Shown here piece by piece: positions 20,090 to 28,655 of a stretch of DNA of 57,007 bases. The notes below the pieces were generated by a model. The model searched no databases, was not told where the DNA came from, and saw only the letters and a list, made by a program, of their open reading frames with translations. Numbering within the stretch: position 1 is the stretch's first letter; every line of letters starts with the position of its first letter. A program made the translations under genes and the position numbers. Origin of the DNA: an uncultured Pseudomonadales bacterium (lineage in GTDB: Bacteria; Pseudomonadota; Alphaproteobacteria; UBA2136; UBA6156); assembly GCA_964601735.1 (NCBI GenBank), contig CAZROO010000005.1, positions 1-57,007 on the forward strand, read 5' to 3'.

Positions 20090-20587
20090 TCAGGCCAGCA
20101 AACGTTGGCGCAGGTTATGGCACAAGGCATCCAACGTCGGAGCAATGCCACCCTGGTTCCCAAAACAATATTCCACCTGAAGGTTCACTATCGAACCGAT
20201 ATTATCGGCACTGAGCCTGAAATCCCCCCGGTAGCCATACAGCTTTTTACCTTTGGCATACGCATAGCCCACTTCGCAGGCCGTGCCGCTATCAACATCC
20301 GTACCGTCAAGCACCGCTACAACGGCTTGGGATGAATCAATCGCCTCAAAGTTGGTTTTGGCAATCTGCCGGTTCAACGTCTGCCACCGGTTTCGCTGTT
20401 CCGGGCCAAACGGCAAGGCATTTGCTTCTTCAACCGGTTTTTCATCGGTGAGGGTCCAGGGGTCCAGTAAATCCAGGCCTAGTTGACGCAACCGGGGTAA
20501 AAGAACGCCACTGTAGTAGTGGCGCCCGGCTTCACTAAATCCCAGAGGGCTGGCAACATATACTGTAGGCTTTAAAGCTCCGCTCAT
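20090..20587 (-). CDS. Nucleoside 2-deoxyribosyltransferase / N-glycosidase family protein
   Basis: VYVASPLGF, D..VVAVLDGTDVDSGTACEVGYAYAKGK, GDFR, NLQV. Confidence 0.88.
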   Translation of the reverse strand: MSGALKPTVYVASPLGFSEAGRHYYSGVLLPRLRQLGLDLLDPWTLTDEKPVEEANALPFGPEQRNRWQTLNRQIAKTNFEAIDSSQAVVAVLDGTDVDSGTACEVGYAYAKGKKLYGYRGDFRLSADNIGSIVNLQVEYCFGNQGGIAPTLDALCHNLRQRLLA

Positions 20588-20651
20588 CGGCGCTCCTTCA
20601 AAAGAGATGAGATCCCCTTCTCATACTCAATCAAATTGCCTTCCGGCAAGC

Positions 20652-21476
20652 TTAATTCACATCAATGACAAACGGGACAGTCACAACCTGCCCCTTATGC
20701 TTCACCTGCAGAAACAGCTTATGCATGCCACGCACTTGAGGCATCAGTTGAAAATTCAACACCGGCCCGCCGCGGTCATCCGGGCTTTCCGGTTCGGCCC
20801 CGCTCGGGTGCGCATGCATGATGGTCTCCAGGTTCCTGTCAAAACCCGCCAGGTGGGCATAAGACCCCATAATCGGCTCCAGGCTTGTCACCGGCAACCC
20901 ATCGTCGCTGTAGGTGTTCAAAATTGCCAGCGTGCCCTCACCCGCGTGCGGCGGCATCGCCAGGGTCAGGGTAAAACGCATACCGTCACCGCTGCCGGTC
21001 AGCACTTGCTCCTTGCCCAGCGCCGTCGGTTGCGGAACCACCCCACCCAGTTGCAACGGCACAAACTGGTCGTTGTCCTCCTTGGGTTTCACTTCCAGCC
21101 AAAGCTTGTAAGCTGCCCTTTGCGGCGTAAAACCCACCACCCATTCGCCGTCGCTCCGGCCCGGCACGGGGTGGAGGTGATGATAATCGGCCATGCCGCC
21201 ATCAATCGCAAACAGGTGCATCGGCTCGTCGTGGATAATCTCCACGTCCGCCGGACGTAATGGGCGGCCATATTTATCCTTTAATACCAGCGTCAGGCTC
21301 ACCGGCCTGCCGGGCACCAGCTCGCCGCCGTTGCTCACCGTGGCCCGCACCGTCGGACTGGCCGCCATACTCATCCCGGTCATACCCACCATGCCATGAC
21401 CGCCATCAGCCCATACCGCCAGCGGAGCCACCGGCAGCACAAGGCCCAGCGCTCCCAACATCCATAACCCACGCAT
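20652..21476 (-). CDS. Exported protein with duplicated His-motif domain (putative Cu/heavy-metal binding)
   Basis: Signal peptide, H/M-rich linker, two similar halves HDEPMHL..YHHLHP and MGSYAHL..IMHAHP. Confidence 0.7.
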   Translation of the reverse strand: MRGLWMLGALGLVLPVAPLAVWADGGHGMVGMTGMSMAASPTVRATVSNGGELVPGRPVSLTLVLKDKYGRPLRPADVEIIHDEPMHLFAIDGGMADYHHLHPVPGRSDGEWVVGFTPQRAAYKLWLEVKPKEDNDQFVPLQLGGVVPQPTALGKEQVLTGSGDGMRFTLTLAMPPHAGEGTLAILNTYSDDGLPVTSLEPIMGSYAHLAGFDRNLETIMHAHPSGAEPESPDDRGGPVLNFQLMPQVRGMHKLFLQVKHKGQVVTVPFVIDVN

Positions 21477-21492
21477 GGCGGCACCCTTCCTG

Positions 21493-21819
21493 TTAAAAAC
21501 TGCTGGTCGATATCAGAATTACCTGCTCGCCGGCCTTTACCAGCGGCAAGTGGCGGCGAATTTCCTCGTCCACGTAATCCTCGTCCAGCCGCTGGTGCGA
21601 ATCCGGCCGCAACCGCACCACGTTGCGCTGCAACTGGTCAATGTAGGCGTGCAAGTCGGTATTTTCGGCCTGTAACTGCTGTACCTGAACAGTCAGATGC
21701 TTCCACGTCACCACCCCGCGCTCGCCGTTAATCAGTTGCAACGTGGTGTACAGCAGCAGCAACCCCGCCGAAATCGGCAGCAGCAGCCTGTACATCCGGG
21801 GGGTGAAGCGAATCCGCAC
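21493..21819 (-). CDS. ftsB: Septum formation initiator FtsB/DivIC
   Basis: TM, then NGERG, coiled coil, LDEDYVDEEIR..L..GE. Confidence 0.85.
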   Translation of the reverse strand: MRIRFTPRMYRLLLPISAGLLLLYTTLQLINGERGVVTWKHLTVQVQQLQAENTDLHAYIDQLQRNVVRLRPDSHQRLDEDYVDEEIRRHLPLVKAGEQVILISTSSF

Positions 21820-22671
21820 CTACAGTCCTTTCCGCCAGGCATCAAGGTCTTTGAGAGGCGTCAGCAATGCTTCCAGCTCATCCAGCGGCACCTGGGTTTC
21901 CTTGTCGCTAATCGCTTTGCTGGGGTCAGGATGGGTCTCGATGAACAACCCGGCCACCCCCACCGCCACGGCGGCCCGCAGCAGCGGCGGCAGGTCGGCA
22001 CGATTGCCGCTGCTGGCGCCACCGGCCCCGCTGGGTTTCATCACGCTGTGGGTGGCATCGAACACCACCGGGTAGCCGCTCCCGGCCATTACCGGAAAAC
22101 CACGAAAATCCACCACCAGGTTATGGTAGCCGAAGGTCACCCCGCGCTCGGTCAGAATCACGTTGTCGGTGCCCGCACTGGCAATCTTGGCGGCGGCGGG
22201 CAACATGTCCTCGGGGGCCATGAACTGCCCCTTTTTCAGGTTCACGGCTTTACTGGCCCCCTTCACCGCGGTGCCGCAGGCCAGCAACAGGTCGGTCTGG
22301 CGGGCCAGAAAGGCCGGGATCTGCACCACATCCACCACCTCGGCCACCGGCCCCACCTGGGCCAGGTCATGAACATCGGTAACCACAGGTAACCCCATGT
22401 TTTTACGAATTTCTTCCAGCAATTTCAGGCCTTCGTCCAGCCCCATGCCCCGGCCACCGCCCAAACTGGTCCGGTTTGCTTTATCAAAGCTACCTTTGTA
22501 CACCACGCCCCAGCCAAGCTTGCGACCAAGTTGCGACACCTTTTCAGCGGTCCGTAGCGTAATGTCCCGGCCCTCCAGGGCACAGGTTCCGGCCATGAGG
22601 CTTATAGGCAAATTATTGGAAAAAATGACTTTTTCAATCTTATCGCCACCAATAGTCACCGTCTTCTGCAT
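21820..22671 (-). CDS. kdsA: KDO-8-phosphate synthase
   Basis: KGSFDKANRTS, TDVH, QIPAFLARQTDLL, KKGQF, ERG, FDATHSV, FIETHPDP; start set at MQKTVTIGG. Confidence 0.97.
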   Translation of the reverse strand: MQKTVTIGGDKIEKVIFSNNLPISLMAGTCALEGRDITLRTAEKVSQLGRKLGWGVVYKGSFDKANRTSLGGGRGMGLDEGLKLLEEIRKNMGLPVVTDVHDLAQVGPVAEVVDVVQIPAFLARQTDLLLACGTAVKGASKAVNLKKGQFMAPEDMLPAAAKIASAGTDNVILTERGVTFGYHNLVVDFRGFPVMAGSGYPVVFDATHSVMKPSGAGGASSGNRADLPPLLRAAVAVGVAGLFIETHPDPSKAISDKETQVPLDELEALLTPLKDLDAWRKGL

Positions 22672-22695
22672 AGCCCCGAAATTAACCTCAAACCC

Positions 22696-22723
22696 CTTGA
22701 AATACCACCCCACCAACCCATTT
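22696..22723 (+). promoter_or_regulatory. Sigma32 (RpoH)-like promoter 1
   Basis: CTTGAA-N15-CCCATTT. Confidence 0.55.
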
Positions 22724-22759
22724 TTAAAGCAAGTCACCGCCATTCATAGGAGTTTAAAA

Positions 22760-23380
22760 ATGGCCATCGACCAATCTACAATCTCTTTAAGTGCCGACGC
22801 CCAAACCAAAAAGGCGGCATATGGCGAAATCTACTGCTCCACTCAAGGTACCTGCCCCAACGGCTGGCAAATCAAGCTCGCCGAAAACTATCCGCTGGCT
22901 CAATCCACCACCTCTCCCTCGGCAGATACTCTCACTGCCCAGGAAAAAGTGCCGGACATGCAGGCGGTGGCACCGGTTCCCGAAGCGGAACTGAAGCACA
23001 ACGGCGAACGCTCCGGTATTCACGGCACGGCAATAATCGCCGCAGTCACCGGGCAGCACATTGCCGACCCCTCACCGCAAATGAGGGCCGCGCACCGTAA
23101 GGCCCGGCTCAACACGCTTCGCAAAAAGCACGTCGCCGCCAAGCCTCACCACCACGAGCACCATCACCAGGTGGTCACCCGAGCCAACGGCCACCACAAA
23201 CGGAACGCCAAAGCAGCCCACCACTACCGGACTGCCAAGGCTCTACCTTCCCACCATAAAACACTCCAGGTCGCCATACCGGCACCCGAGCGCATGGTAG
23301 AAACGGCACCGCCGCCACGAGATCCCTTCCGTGAATTCCTCATGGCCTGTGCCCGCTTCGCCAGAGCGATCCGCACCTAA
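22760..23380 (+). CDS. Orphan protein with His/Lys/Arg-rich segment (206 aa)
   Basis: AGGAG RBS before the ATG at 22760, own terminator; the longer ORF start overlaps kdsA and was rejected. Confidence 0.7.
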   Translation: MAIDQSTISLSADAQTKKAAYGEIYCSTQGTCPNGWQIKLAENYPLAQSTTSPSADTLTAQEKVPDMQAVAPVPEAELKHNGERSGIHGTAIIAAVTGQHIADPSPQMRAAHRKARLNTLRKKHVAAKPHHHEHHHQVVTRANGHHKRNAKAAHHYRTAKALPSHHKTLQVAIPAPERMVETAPPPRDPFREFLMACARFARAIRT

Positions 23381-23396
23381 TCTTCGTCATAAACTT

Positions 23397-23417
23397 GGCC
23401 CTTCCTCTGGAAGGGCC
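23397..23417 (+). terminator. Intrinsic terminator
   Basis: GGCCCTTCC-tct-GGAAGGGCC followed by ATTTT. Confidence 0.8.
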
Positions 23418-23431
23418 ATTTTCTTTACCGC

Positions 23432-23459
23432 CTTGAAAATCAGCCATTTCGCCCCATAT
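23432..23459 (+). promoter_or_regulatory. Sigma32 (RpoH)-like promoter 2
   Basis: CTTGAA-N14-CCCCATAT, a full match to the classical sigma32 consensus. Confidence 0.7.
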
Positions 23460-23511
23460 TTAAGTTAAACCCGTGCCATCCGGCACATCCCTTTTTTGAT
23501 ATGAGGTCCAC

Positions 23512-23973
23512 ATGCCCCATGAATTCTCCCACCACGCTTTCGAGGACGCCGCCCGCGCTTTCCCATCGGAAAACCCAATGGAAGAAGCCCTGCCGGCAAT
23601 CGACGAGCAAGGTGACTTCACCGAGCCAAGCCCGGAGTTCAAACCTCACCTCCCCCACATCTACTGGGCCGGAGAGGTACGTCGGCACCAGCCGCCCAAA
23701 CCCGTCAGCAATTACCGGTCGCAAAACGAGCGGGCACTGGATGATTTGGCCTTCGGCTATCTTCCACCCATCCGCCGCAAGGCCGAAGTCTATTCCGACG
23801 ACTGGCTCAAAGCGGAAAACCAGCGGCAATACGAGCTGATGAGGGCGCCCGTTGCGCCTCCATCATCAGCTCCGCCGCCGGTTTCAGCACCTCCGAGGAA
23901 AAGAAGCTTCCTCGAATGGTTCCGCCAAAGGTGCTGGCTCGCGGTCATCTGCACCGCCCTCCGGTTCACTTGA
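23512..23973 (+). CDS. Orphan Pro-rich protein (153 aa)
   Basis: ORF between its own promoter and terminator; host-like codon usage. Confidence 0.65.
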   Translation: MPHEFSHHAFEDAARAFPSENPMEEALPAIDEQGDFTEPSPEFKPHLPHIYWAGEVRRHQPPKPVSNYRSQNERALDDLAFGYLPPIRRKAEVYSDDWLKAENQRQYELMRAPVAPPSSAPPPVSAPPRKRSFLEWFRQRCWLAVICTALRFT

Positions 23974-23983
23974 ACCTACCGAT

Positions 23984-24015
23984 AAAACCCCCGGCCAAAA
24001 GCCGGGGGGTTTTTT
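23984..24015 (+). terminator. Intrinsic terminator
   Basis: AAAACCCCCGGC-caaaa-GCCGGGGGGTTTTTT. Confidence 0.85.
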
Positions 24016-24024
24016 ATTTACAGC

Positions 24025-24053
24025 CTTGAAAAAGCCTCCATCCTGGCCCATCT
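24025..24053 (+). promoter_or_regulatory. Sigma32 (RpoH)-like promoter 3
   Basis: CTTGAA-N16-CCCATCT. Confidence 0.55.
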
Positions 24054-24101
24054 CTCAAAAGAACCCGCGCTCGCCGCACCTCACGTTTAAGGAACCTTAC
24101 C

Positions 24102-24302
24102 ATGACCCATTCCACAACTGAGCCTTTCGATTTTACCGCAGACATGGCGGCCATCGTCGAAAAGCAAATCAAACCGGTACGCAAACCGCCTGTCAGCATT
24201 TACGCTGAGCGAAACATCATTTCCTCGGCGGCAAATGATAAAGTCACCCGCCCACTCTGTTTCCAGACAGGTTTGGCCCTGCATCCCGAAATTTGGGAAT
24301 AA
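24102..24302 (+). CDS. Small orphan protein (66 aa)
   Basis: AAGGA RBS, own promoter and terminator. Confidence 0.6.
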   Translation: MTHSTTEPFDFTADMAAIVEKQIKPVRKPPVSIYAERNIISSAANDKVTRPLCFQTGLALHPEIWE

Positions 24303-24309
24303 CCAAACG

Positions 24310-24343
24310 AAAGCCCCCGGTTGCATAAGCAACCGGGGGCTTT
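24310..24343. terminator. Bidirectional terminator
   Basis: AAAGCCCCCGGTTGC-ataa-GCAACCGGGGGCTTT (15 bp stem). Confidence 0.9.
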
Positions 24344-24346
24344 TTC

Positions 24347-24589
24347 TTATTGCTGGACCGTAGCCGCAGGCGGCGGAATCCTGCACTCCTCAGCATTCCG
24401 GCCATGTTCCCACTCGCAGTCAGAAGGAAGAGTGGTAACAGCCCTTTTATAGTAAGGGTCGTCCACCCTCGCCGAGGGCGCCACGGCTTCCCGCAGACGG
24501 CTGCTGAAATCGGAAGCGCAACCCGCTATCGAAACCCCCAGCAAAACCAGAACACTAAAACGAACAATCCATCGCACGAAAATCTCCAT
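24347..24589 (-). CDS. Small lipoprotein (80 aa)
   Basis: Hydrophobic signal with IAGC lipobox; two C-terminal Cys. Confidence 0.7.
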   Translation of the reverse strand: MEIFVRWIVRFSVLVLLGVSIAGCASDFSSRLREAVAPSARVDDPYYKRAVTTLPSDCEWEHGRNAEECRIPPPAATVQQ

Positions 24590-24657
24590 GCCGTAAAAAG
24601 GGCCAAAACCTACTTTCTAAATAGGCCATCCCAGGCCCAAATCAAGGGCCATCCAAC

Positions 24658-25260
24658 CTATTTAGCGTGGAGTTCCTTCAGTTTCGCATCCCGCCCGCAG
24701 CCCTGGCGGTACGCTGCATACTGCAGCGGATTCTTCAGGTAATATTCCTGGTGGTACTCCTCGGCAGGCCAGAACCTGGCCGCGGGCAACACCTCGGTCA
24801 CAACCTTTACCGGCTTGCCCAGCTTGGCGCTTAAGGTTTTTGCCAGCACCAGCTTGCTGGCCTCGGCATCCTTGCGCTCCTGCGCGTTGGCCACAAAAAT
24901 CGCGCTGCGGTACTGCGTGCCCTTGTCGCAAAACTGCCCGGCCGCATCCATCGGGTCGATGTTGCTCCAGAAAATTTCCACCAGCCGCGGATAACTCACC
25001 ACGGCAGGATCGTAGGTCACCTGAATCGCCTCGAAATGCCCGGTGTTGCCTGCGCTCACCTGCTCATAGGTCGGATTGTCCACATGCCCGCCGGTAAACC
25101 CCACCGTGGTTTTCTTCACACCCTGCTGGTGGTCGAATTCACTCTGCATGCACCAAAAGCACCCACCCGCAAAAGTGGCGGTCTTCAAACTCGCAGCCAT
25201 CGCCTTCCCTCCCGTCAAAACCATCCCCACCACTAAAATAGCCTTCAGCCAAACCTTCAT
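24658..25260 (-). CDS. msrA: Periplasmic peptide methionine sulfoxide reductase MsrA
   Basis: Signal peptide; FAGGCFWC, GQFCDKGTQYRSAIF, AEEYHQEYY, GCGRD. Confidence 0.96.
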   Translation of the reverse strand: MKVWLKAILVVGMVLTGGKAMAASLKTATFAGGCFWCMQSEFDHQQGVKKTTVGFTGGHVDNPTYEQVSAGNTGHFEAIQVTYDPAVVSYPRLVEIFWSNIDPMDAAGQFCDKGTQYRSAIFVANAQERKDAEASKLVLAKTLSAKLGKPVKVVTEVLPAARFWPAEEYHQEYYLKNPLQYAAYRQGCGRDAKLKELHAK

Positions 25261-25290
25261 CTTCTCATCCTTTCCGCCAGGCCGTCCTCG

Positions 25291-26013
25291 TTACTCGCCA
25301 ACCGCCCGTGCCGTAGTCTGGAACTCACCCTGCAAAAAATCAACGAGCATTCGTCGCGCACCAAGCTTCTTTTCCCCCGCCATGCGCTGAACAAAAAAGC
25401 CAGTCAAACCCAACGCCGCCCGGCAGTCAGCGGCAGCTTCCGCCACCGGCCCGCCCCAAATCTGCGGCAATACCAGCAACCGGCCAACATACGGCGCACC
25501 AGCCACAACACTCACTGCCCGGCCCGTCACCGGGCTCACATAGGCCAGCGGCGCCCGCTCGGCGCAGGGTACCGGGTCGTCCGCCAGCGGCAAGCCGTAC
25601 CCGGCCGCCGCCAAAAAATTCCTCTCAAACCGCGCCACATCAGCCCAACCCGTAGCGCCTGCCAACAAGCCCTGGACATCCTCCCACACCATCGGATACC
25701 CATGTTCCTCCGGCAAAAGCTGACCCAGCAGCTCGGCCAGATAACTTCCCACCGCCCCGGCCCTGCGGCTGCCAAGCGCCCACGCGGCACGGGAAAACAC
25801 CGGCTCAATCGCCAAACTGCCCAACTGGCTGTCCAGCCGCCGGTAATGCTTATAGGCCACCTCGTCCATCGGTAGCAGCCGCAAGCGGCTGGCGCCTTTC
25901 TTGATAAGCCCCTTCACCAACCCGCGCTCGCGGCAGAACAGGTGCACCAGCGCGCCACCCTCGGCAAAGGGCTTAACCGTTAAAACTAAAGCGTGACCTT
26001 CGGAGGCACTCAC
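25291..26013 (-). CDS. recO: DNA repair protein RecO
   Basis: N-terminal OB fold (GLVKG), LPEEHGYP, LAYVSPVTGRAVS, LTGFF; follows era. Confidence 0.92.
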   Translation of the reverse strand: MSASEGHALVLTVKPFAEGGALVHLFCRERGLVKGLIKKGASRLRLLPMDEVAYKHYRRLDSQLGSLAIEPVFSRAAWALGSRRAGAVGSYLAELLGQLLPEEHGYPMVWEDVQGLLAGATGWADVARFERNFLAAAGYGLPLADDPVPCAERAPLAYVSPVTGRAVSVVAGAPYVGRLLVLPQIWGGPVAEAAADCRAALGLTGFFVQRMAGEKKLGARRMLVDFLQGEFQTTARAVGE

Positions 26014-26072
26014 CCACCCAGCTTTAGCCCTCTATATCCGGAATTCAACCAATCTGCCCGCAATCAGGCCAG

Positions 26073-26954
26073 CTAGTGTGTCACACCCAGGGCTTGAAGC
26101 AAATCGGCCCGCCCGGCCCACTTCTCATCCACTTCCACATGCAGTTCCAGCCGCACGCCCCGGCCCAAAATCTTCTGCATTTCCATCCGCGCCCGGGTGC
26201 CAATCTCCTTGAGCATCGCGCCGCCCTTGCCCAGCACAATGCCCTTGTGCCCGTCGCGCGCCACCAGAATGGTCTGCCGCACCAGCATCGGGCCTTCGGT
26301 CTCGGTCACCTCGGTAATCGAGTCTGGCACCACCGCAACACCATACGGTACCTCCTCGTGCAACTGGCGCATCGCCTGTTCACGCGTAAGCTCGGCCAGG
26401 CGCAGCGGCAGCGGCATATCGGTCACCTGCGCGTCGGGGAACAGCCACGGCCCCTCCGGCACCAACCGCAACAACTCCTTCATCAGCCCGTCCAGCGTCT
26501 TGGAATCATGCACGCTTACCGGCACCACCGCGTCAAATAGCTCACCCACGCTAGCCAACACCGGTAACAACGTTTTCTTGTCCTTGACCAGATCCACCTT
26601 GGTCAGCACCAGCACTTTCTTGCCGCCGACACCTTTTCCCAGCTTCTCGAAATCCGGTAGATGCTTCCGCGCCGCATCCACCAGAAAGCACACCACATCG
26701 GCTTCGGCCATCGCGCCGCGCGCCTGCTGAACCAGCAAGCGGTTCAGCCCATCGGCACCGTCGCTCAAGCCCGGCGTGTCCATAAAAATCAGTTGCGTCT
26801 CGTCACGCACCAAAATCCCGCGTACGGTCACCCGCGTAGTGTTGGCCTTGGGCGAAACAATACCCACCTTCTCGCCCACCAGCGCGTTCATCAAACTGCT
26901 TTTGCCGGCGTTGGGCGCACCGGCCAGCGCAATCAATCCACACTTACTAGCCAT
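26073..26954 (-). CDS. era: GTPase Era
   Basis: GAPNAGKSS, TTR, DTPG, TKVD, HEEVPY, KH domain GIVLGKGG. Confidence 0.97.
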   Translation of the reverse strand: MASKCGLIALAGAPNAGKSSLMNALVGEKVGIVSPKANTTRVTVRGILVRDETQLIFMDTPGLSDGADGLNRLLVQQARGAMAEADVVCFLVDAARKHLPDFEKLGKGVGGKKVLVLTKVDLVKDKKTLLPVLASVGELFDAVVPVSVHDSKTLDGLMKELLRLVPEGPWLFPDAQVTDMPLPLRLAELTREQAMRQLHEEVPYGVAVVPDSITEVTETEGPMLVRQTILVARDGHKGIVLGKGGAMLKEIGTRARMEMQKILGRGVRLELHVEVDEKWAGRADLLQALGVTH

Positions 26955-27558
26955 TCAATTTCTCCAGCAACAGGGCTGCCGCCGCCAGCTCCGCGCTCTT
27001 CTTGCTGTTGCCTACACCCTCGGCGCTCACGCTGCCCGCACTCACCCGCACGCTGAACAACTTGCTGTGCTCAGGCCCCTCGGCGCCAATCATCTCGTAC
27101 ACCGGCAGCGGTTTTTTCTGGCCTTGCAACAGCTCCTGCAACGCGGTCTTGGCGTCCTTCACATCAGCGCCATCCAGCAGCGGATGCCAATAGCGCACCA
27201 CCACCTCGCGCGCGGCCTCCCAGCCGCCATCCAGGTAAATCGCTCCCAGCAGACTTTCCACCGCATCGCTCAAAATACCGGAAGTCAGCGGCGTTTTCCT
27301 GTCCTTCACCACTGCCCCTTCAAGCTCCCACTGGGCAGCCACTTTCAGCAAGGTTTCCTCGCGAACCAGGGCCGCGAGGCGGCGCCCCATCTCACCTTCG
27401 TCGGCCTGCGGAAAATGCCTGTACAGCATTTCAGCCACCACCAGCCCCAGCACCCGATCGCCCAAAAATTCCAACCGCTGGTAATGCGTGCCCGAGGCGC
27501 TGGAGTGCGTCAGCGCCTGCACCCGTAAAGCCGGATCTTTGAAAACGTAGTTAATCAT
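26947..27558 (-). CDS. rnc: Ribonuclease III
   Basis: YQRLEFLGDRVL signature, DAVESLLGAIYLDGG, dsRBD DAKTALQE; the ATG overlaps the lepB stop (ATGATTAA). Confidence 0.96.
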   Translation of the reverse strand: MINYVFKDPALRVQALTHSSASGTHYQRLEFLGDRVLGLVVAEMLYRHFPQADEGEMGRRLAALVREETLLKVAAQWELEGAVVKDRKTPLTSGILSDAVESLLGAIYLDGGWEAAREVVVRYWHPLLDGADVKDAKTALQELLQGQKKPLPVYEMIGAEGPEHSKLFSVRVSAGSVSAEGVGNSKKSAELAAAALLLEKLNG

Positions 27559-28291
27559 TCGCGTGATAGCGGAGGTTATTACCGATGCGCTCAAGCCGCG
27601 GTTTCCAGTTCTTGTCCCAACTCCAAAAGATGAATTCCGCCCGGCCCATCAAATCCTCGCGTGGCACATAGCCCCAGCCTGGCACGTTCCAGTAGCGGCT
27701 GTCGCGGCTGTTGTCGCGGTTGTCGCCCATCATCACAAACATGTCCGGCGGCACGGTGGTTTCGGCCACGCTGTCACCCTCGCCCGGCATAACAATAATG
27801 TCATGGTGCCCACCCTCCGGCAGGTGTTCCTGTTTCTTGGTCGAAATCACCACCTGCCCGTCCGGCAGCGTCAACGCGTACGGCTGAGGGTCGGTCTGCT
27901 GCAAGGCTTTGCCATTGATGAAGAGCGTCTTGGTCGGACCGTCGTAACGGATTTTATCCCCCGGCAAACCCACCAACCGCTTAATCAGCAGGGTATCGCC
28001 AAGGCCAAAAAAGCTTCCCGGCAGGCCGGTGTCCTTGCGTTTGAACACAATCACGTCGCCGCGCTCGGGGTTGCGCTGCCAAAAAAACCAGTTCGTCAAT
28101 GGCAGGCGGTTGCCGTAGGCAAACTTGGTCACCAGCAAAAAGTCACCCACCAGCAGGGTATCCACCATGCTGCTGCTCGGAATCTTGAACGGCTCAACAA
28201 TAAACCCGCGAATGCAAAAGAACGCCAAAAACGCCGCAACCGCCAGCGTTTTCAAAAATTTGTAGGTCTCAATCGCCATCGTTTGCAGCAT
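27551..28291 (-). CDS. lepB: Signal peptidase I
   Basis: FKIPSSSM (Ser), IKRLVGLPGD (Lys), MGDNRDNSRDSRY. Confidence 0.97.
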   Translation of the reverse strand: MLQTMAIETYKFLKTLAVAAFLAFFCIRGFIVEPFKIPSSSMVDTLLVGDFLLVTKFAYGNRLPLTNWFFWQRNPERGDVIVFKRKDTGLPGSFFGLGDTLLIKRLVGLPGDKIRYDGPTKTLFINGKALQQTDPQPYALTLPDGQVVISTKKQEHLPEGGHHDIIVMPGEGDSVAETTVPPDMFVMMGDNRDNSRDSRYWNVPGWGYVPREDLMGRAEFIFWSWDKNWKPRLERIGNNLRYHAND

Positions 28292-28316
28292 CGTCTTGTC
28301 CTTTTATTCTTCTGCA

Positions 28317-28655
28317 CTAACCATTAATTATCACAAACGCAACCGCAATGCCCGCGTCATCGCTCACGCTGGCTTCAATATCTTCAATACCCTGCACGGT
28401 AATCCGCGGCCGCCCATGCTCGTCGTGGCCCACCTGAATGTCATGAAAACCATAGCGCTCGCCAATCCCCGTTCCCAGCGCCTTGGCGGCGGCCTCCTTC
28501 AAAGCCCAACGCTTGGCCAACTTCTCCGCCGTCCATTTTTTTTCACCGGCGCGCTCACCGCGTGTCAGCAGACGTTCCTCAAACTGTTTCTTGTTCTTCA
28601 GCCACACCAGCTTGATACGCTCCACCGAGCACACATCCACGCCAACCCCCCTCAT
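28317..28655 (-). CDS. acpS: Holo-[acyl-carrier-protein] synthase
   Basis: GVGVD, AKRWALKEAAAKALGTG, SVSDD..AVAFV. Confidence 0.93.
   Translation of the reverse strand: MRGVGVDVCSVERIKLVWLKNKKQFEERLLTRGERAGEKKWTAEKLAKRWALKEAAAKALGTGIGERYGFHDIQVGHDEHGRPRITVQGIEDIEASVSDDAGIAVAFVIING

Noticed and set aside
22397-22759. 5' extension of the 327-aa ORF overlapping kdsA
   Set aside because: Antisense to kdsA; a strong AGGAG RBS supports the start at 22760
22760-24589. Integron-like cassette array
   Set aside because: The hairpins between genes are typical U-tailed terminators, not attC sites (no RYYYAAC/GTTRRRY boxes); each gene has its own promoter; no integrase
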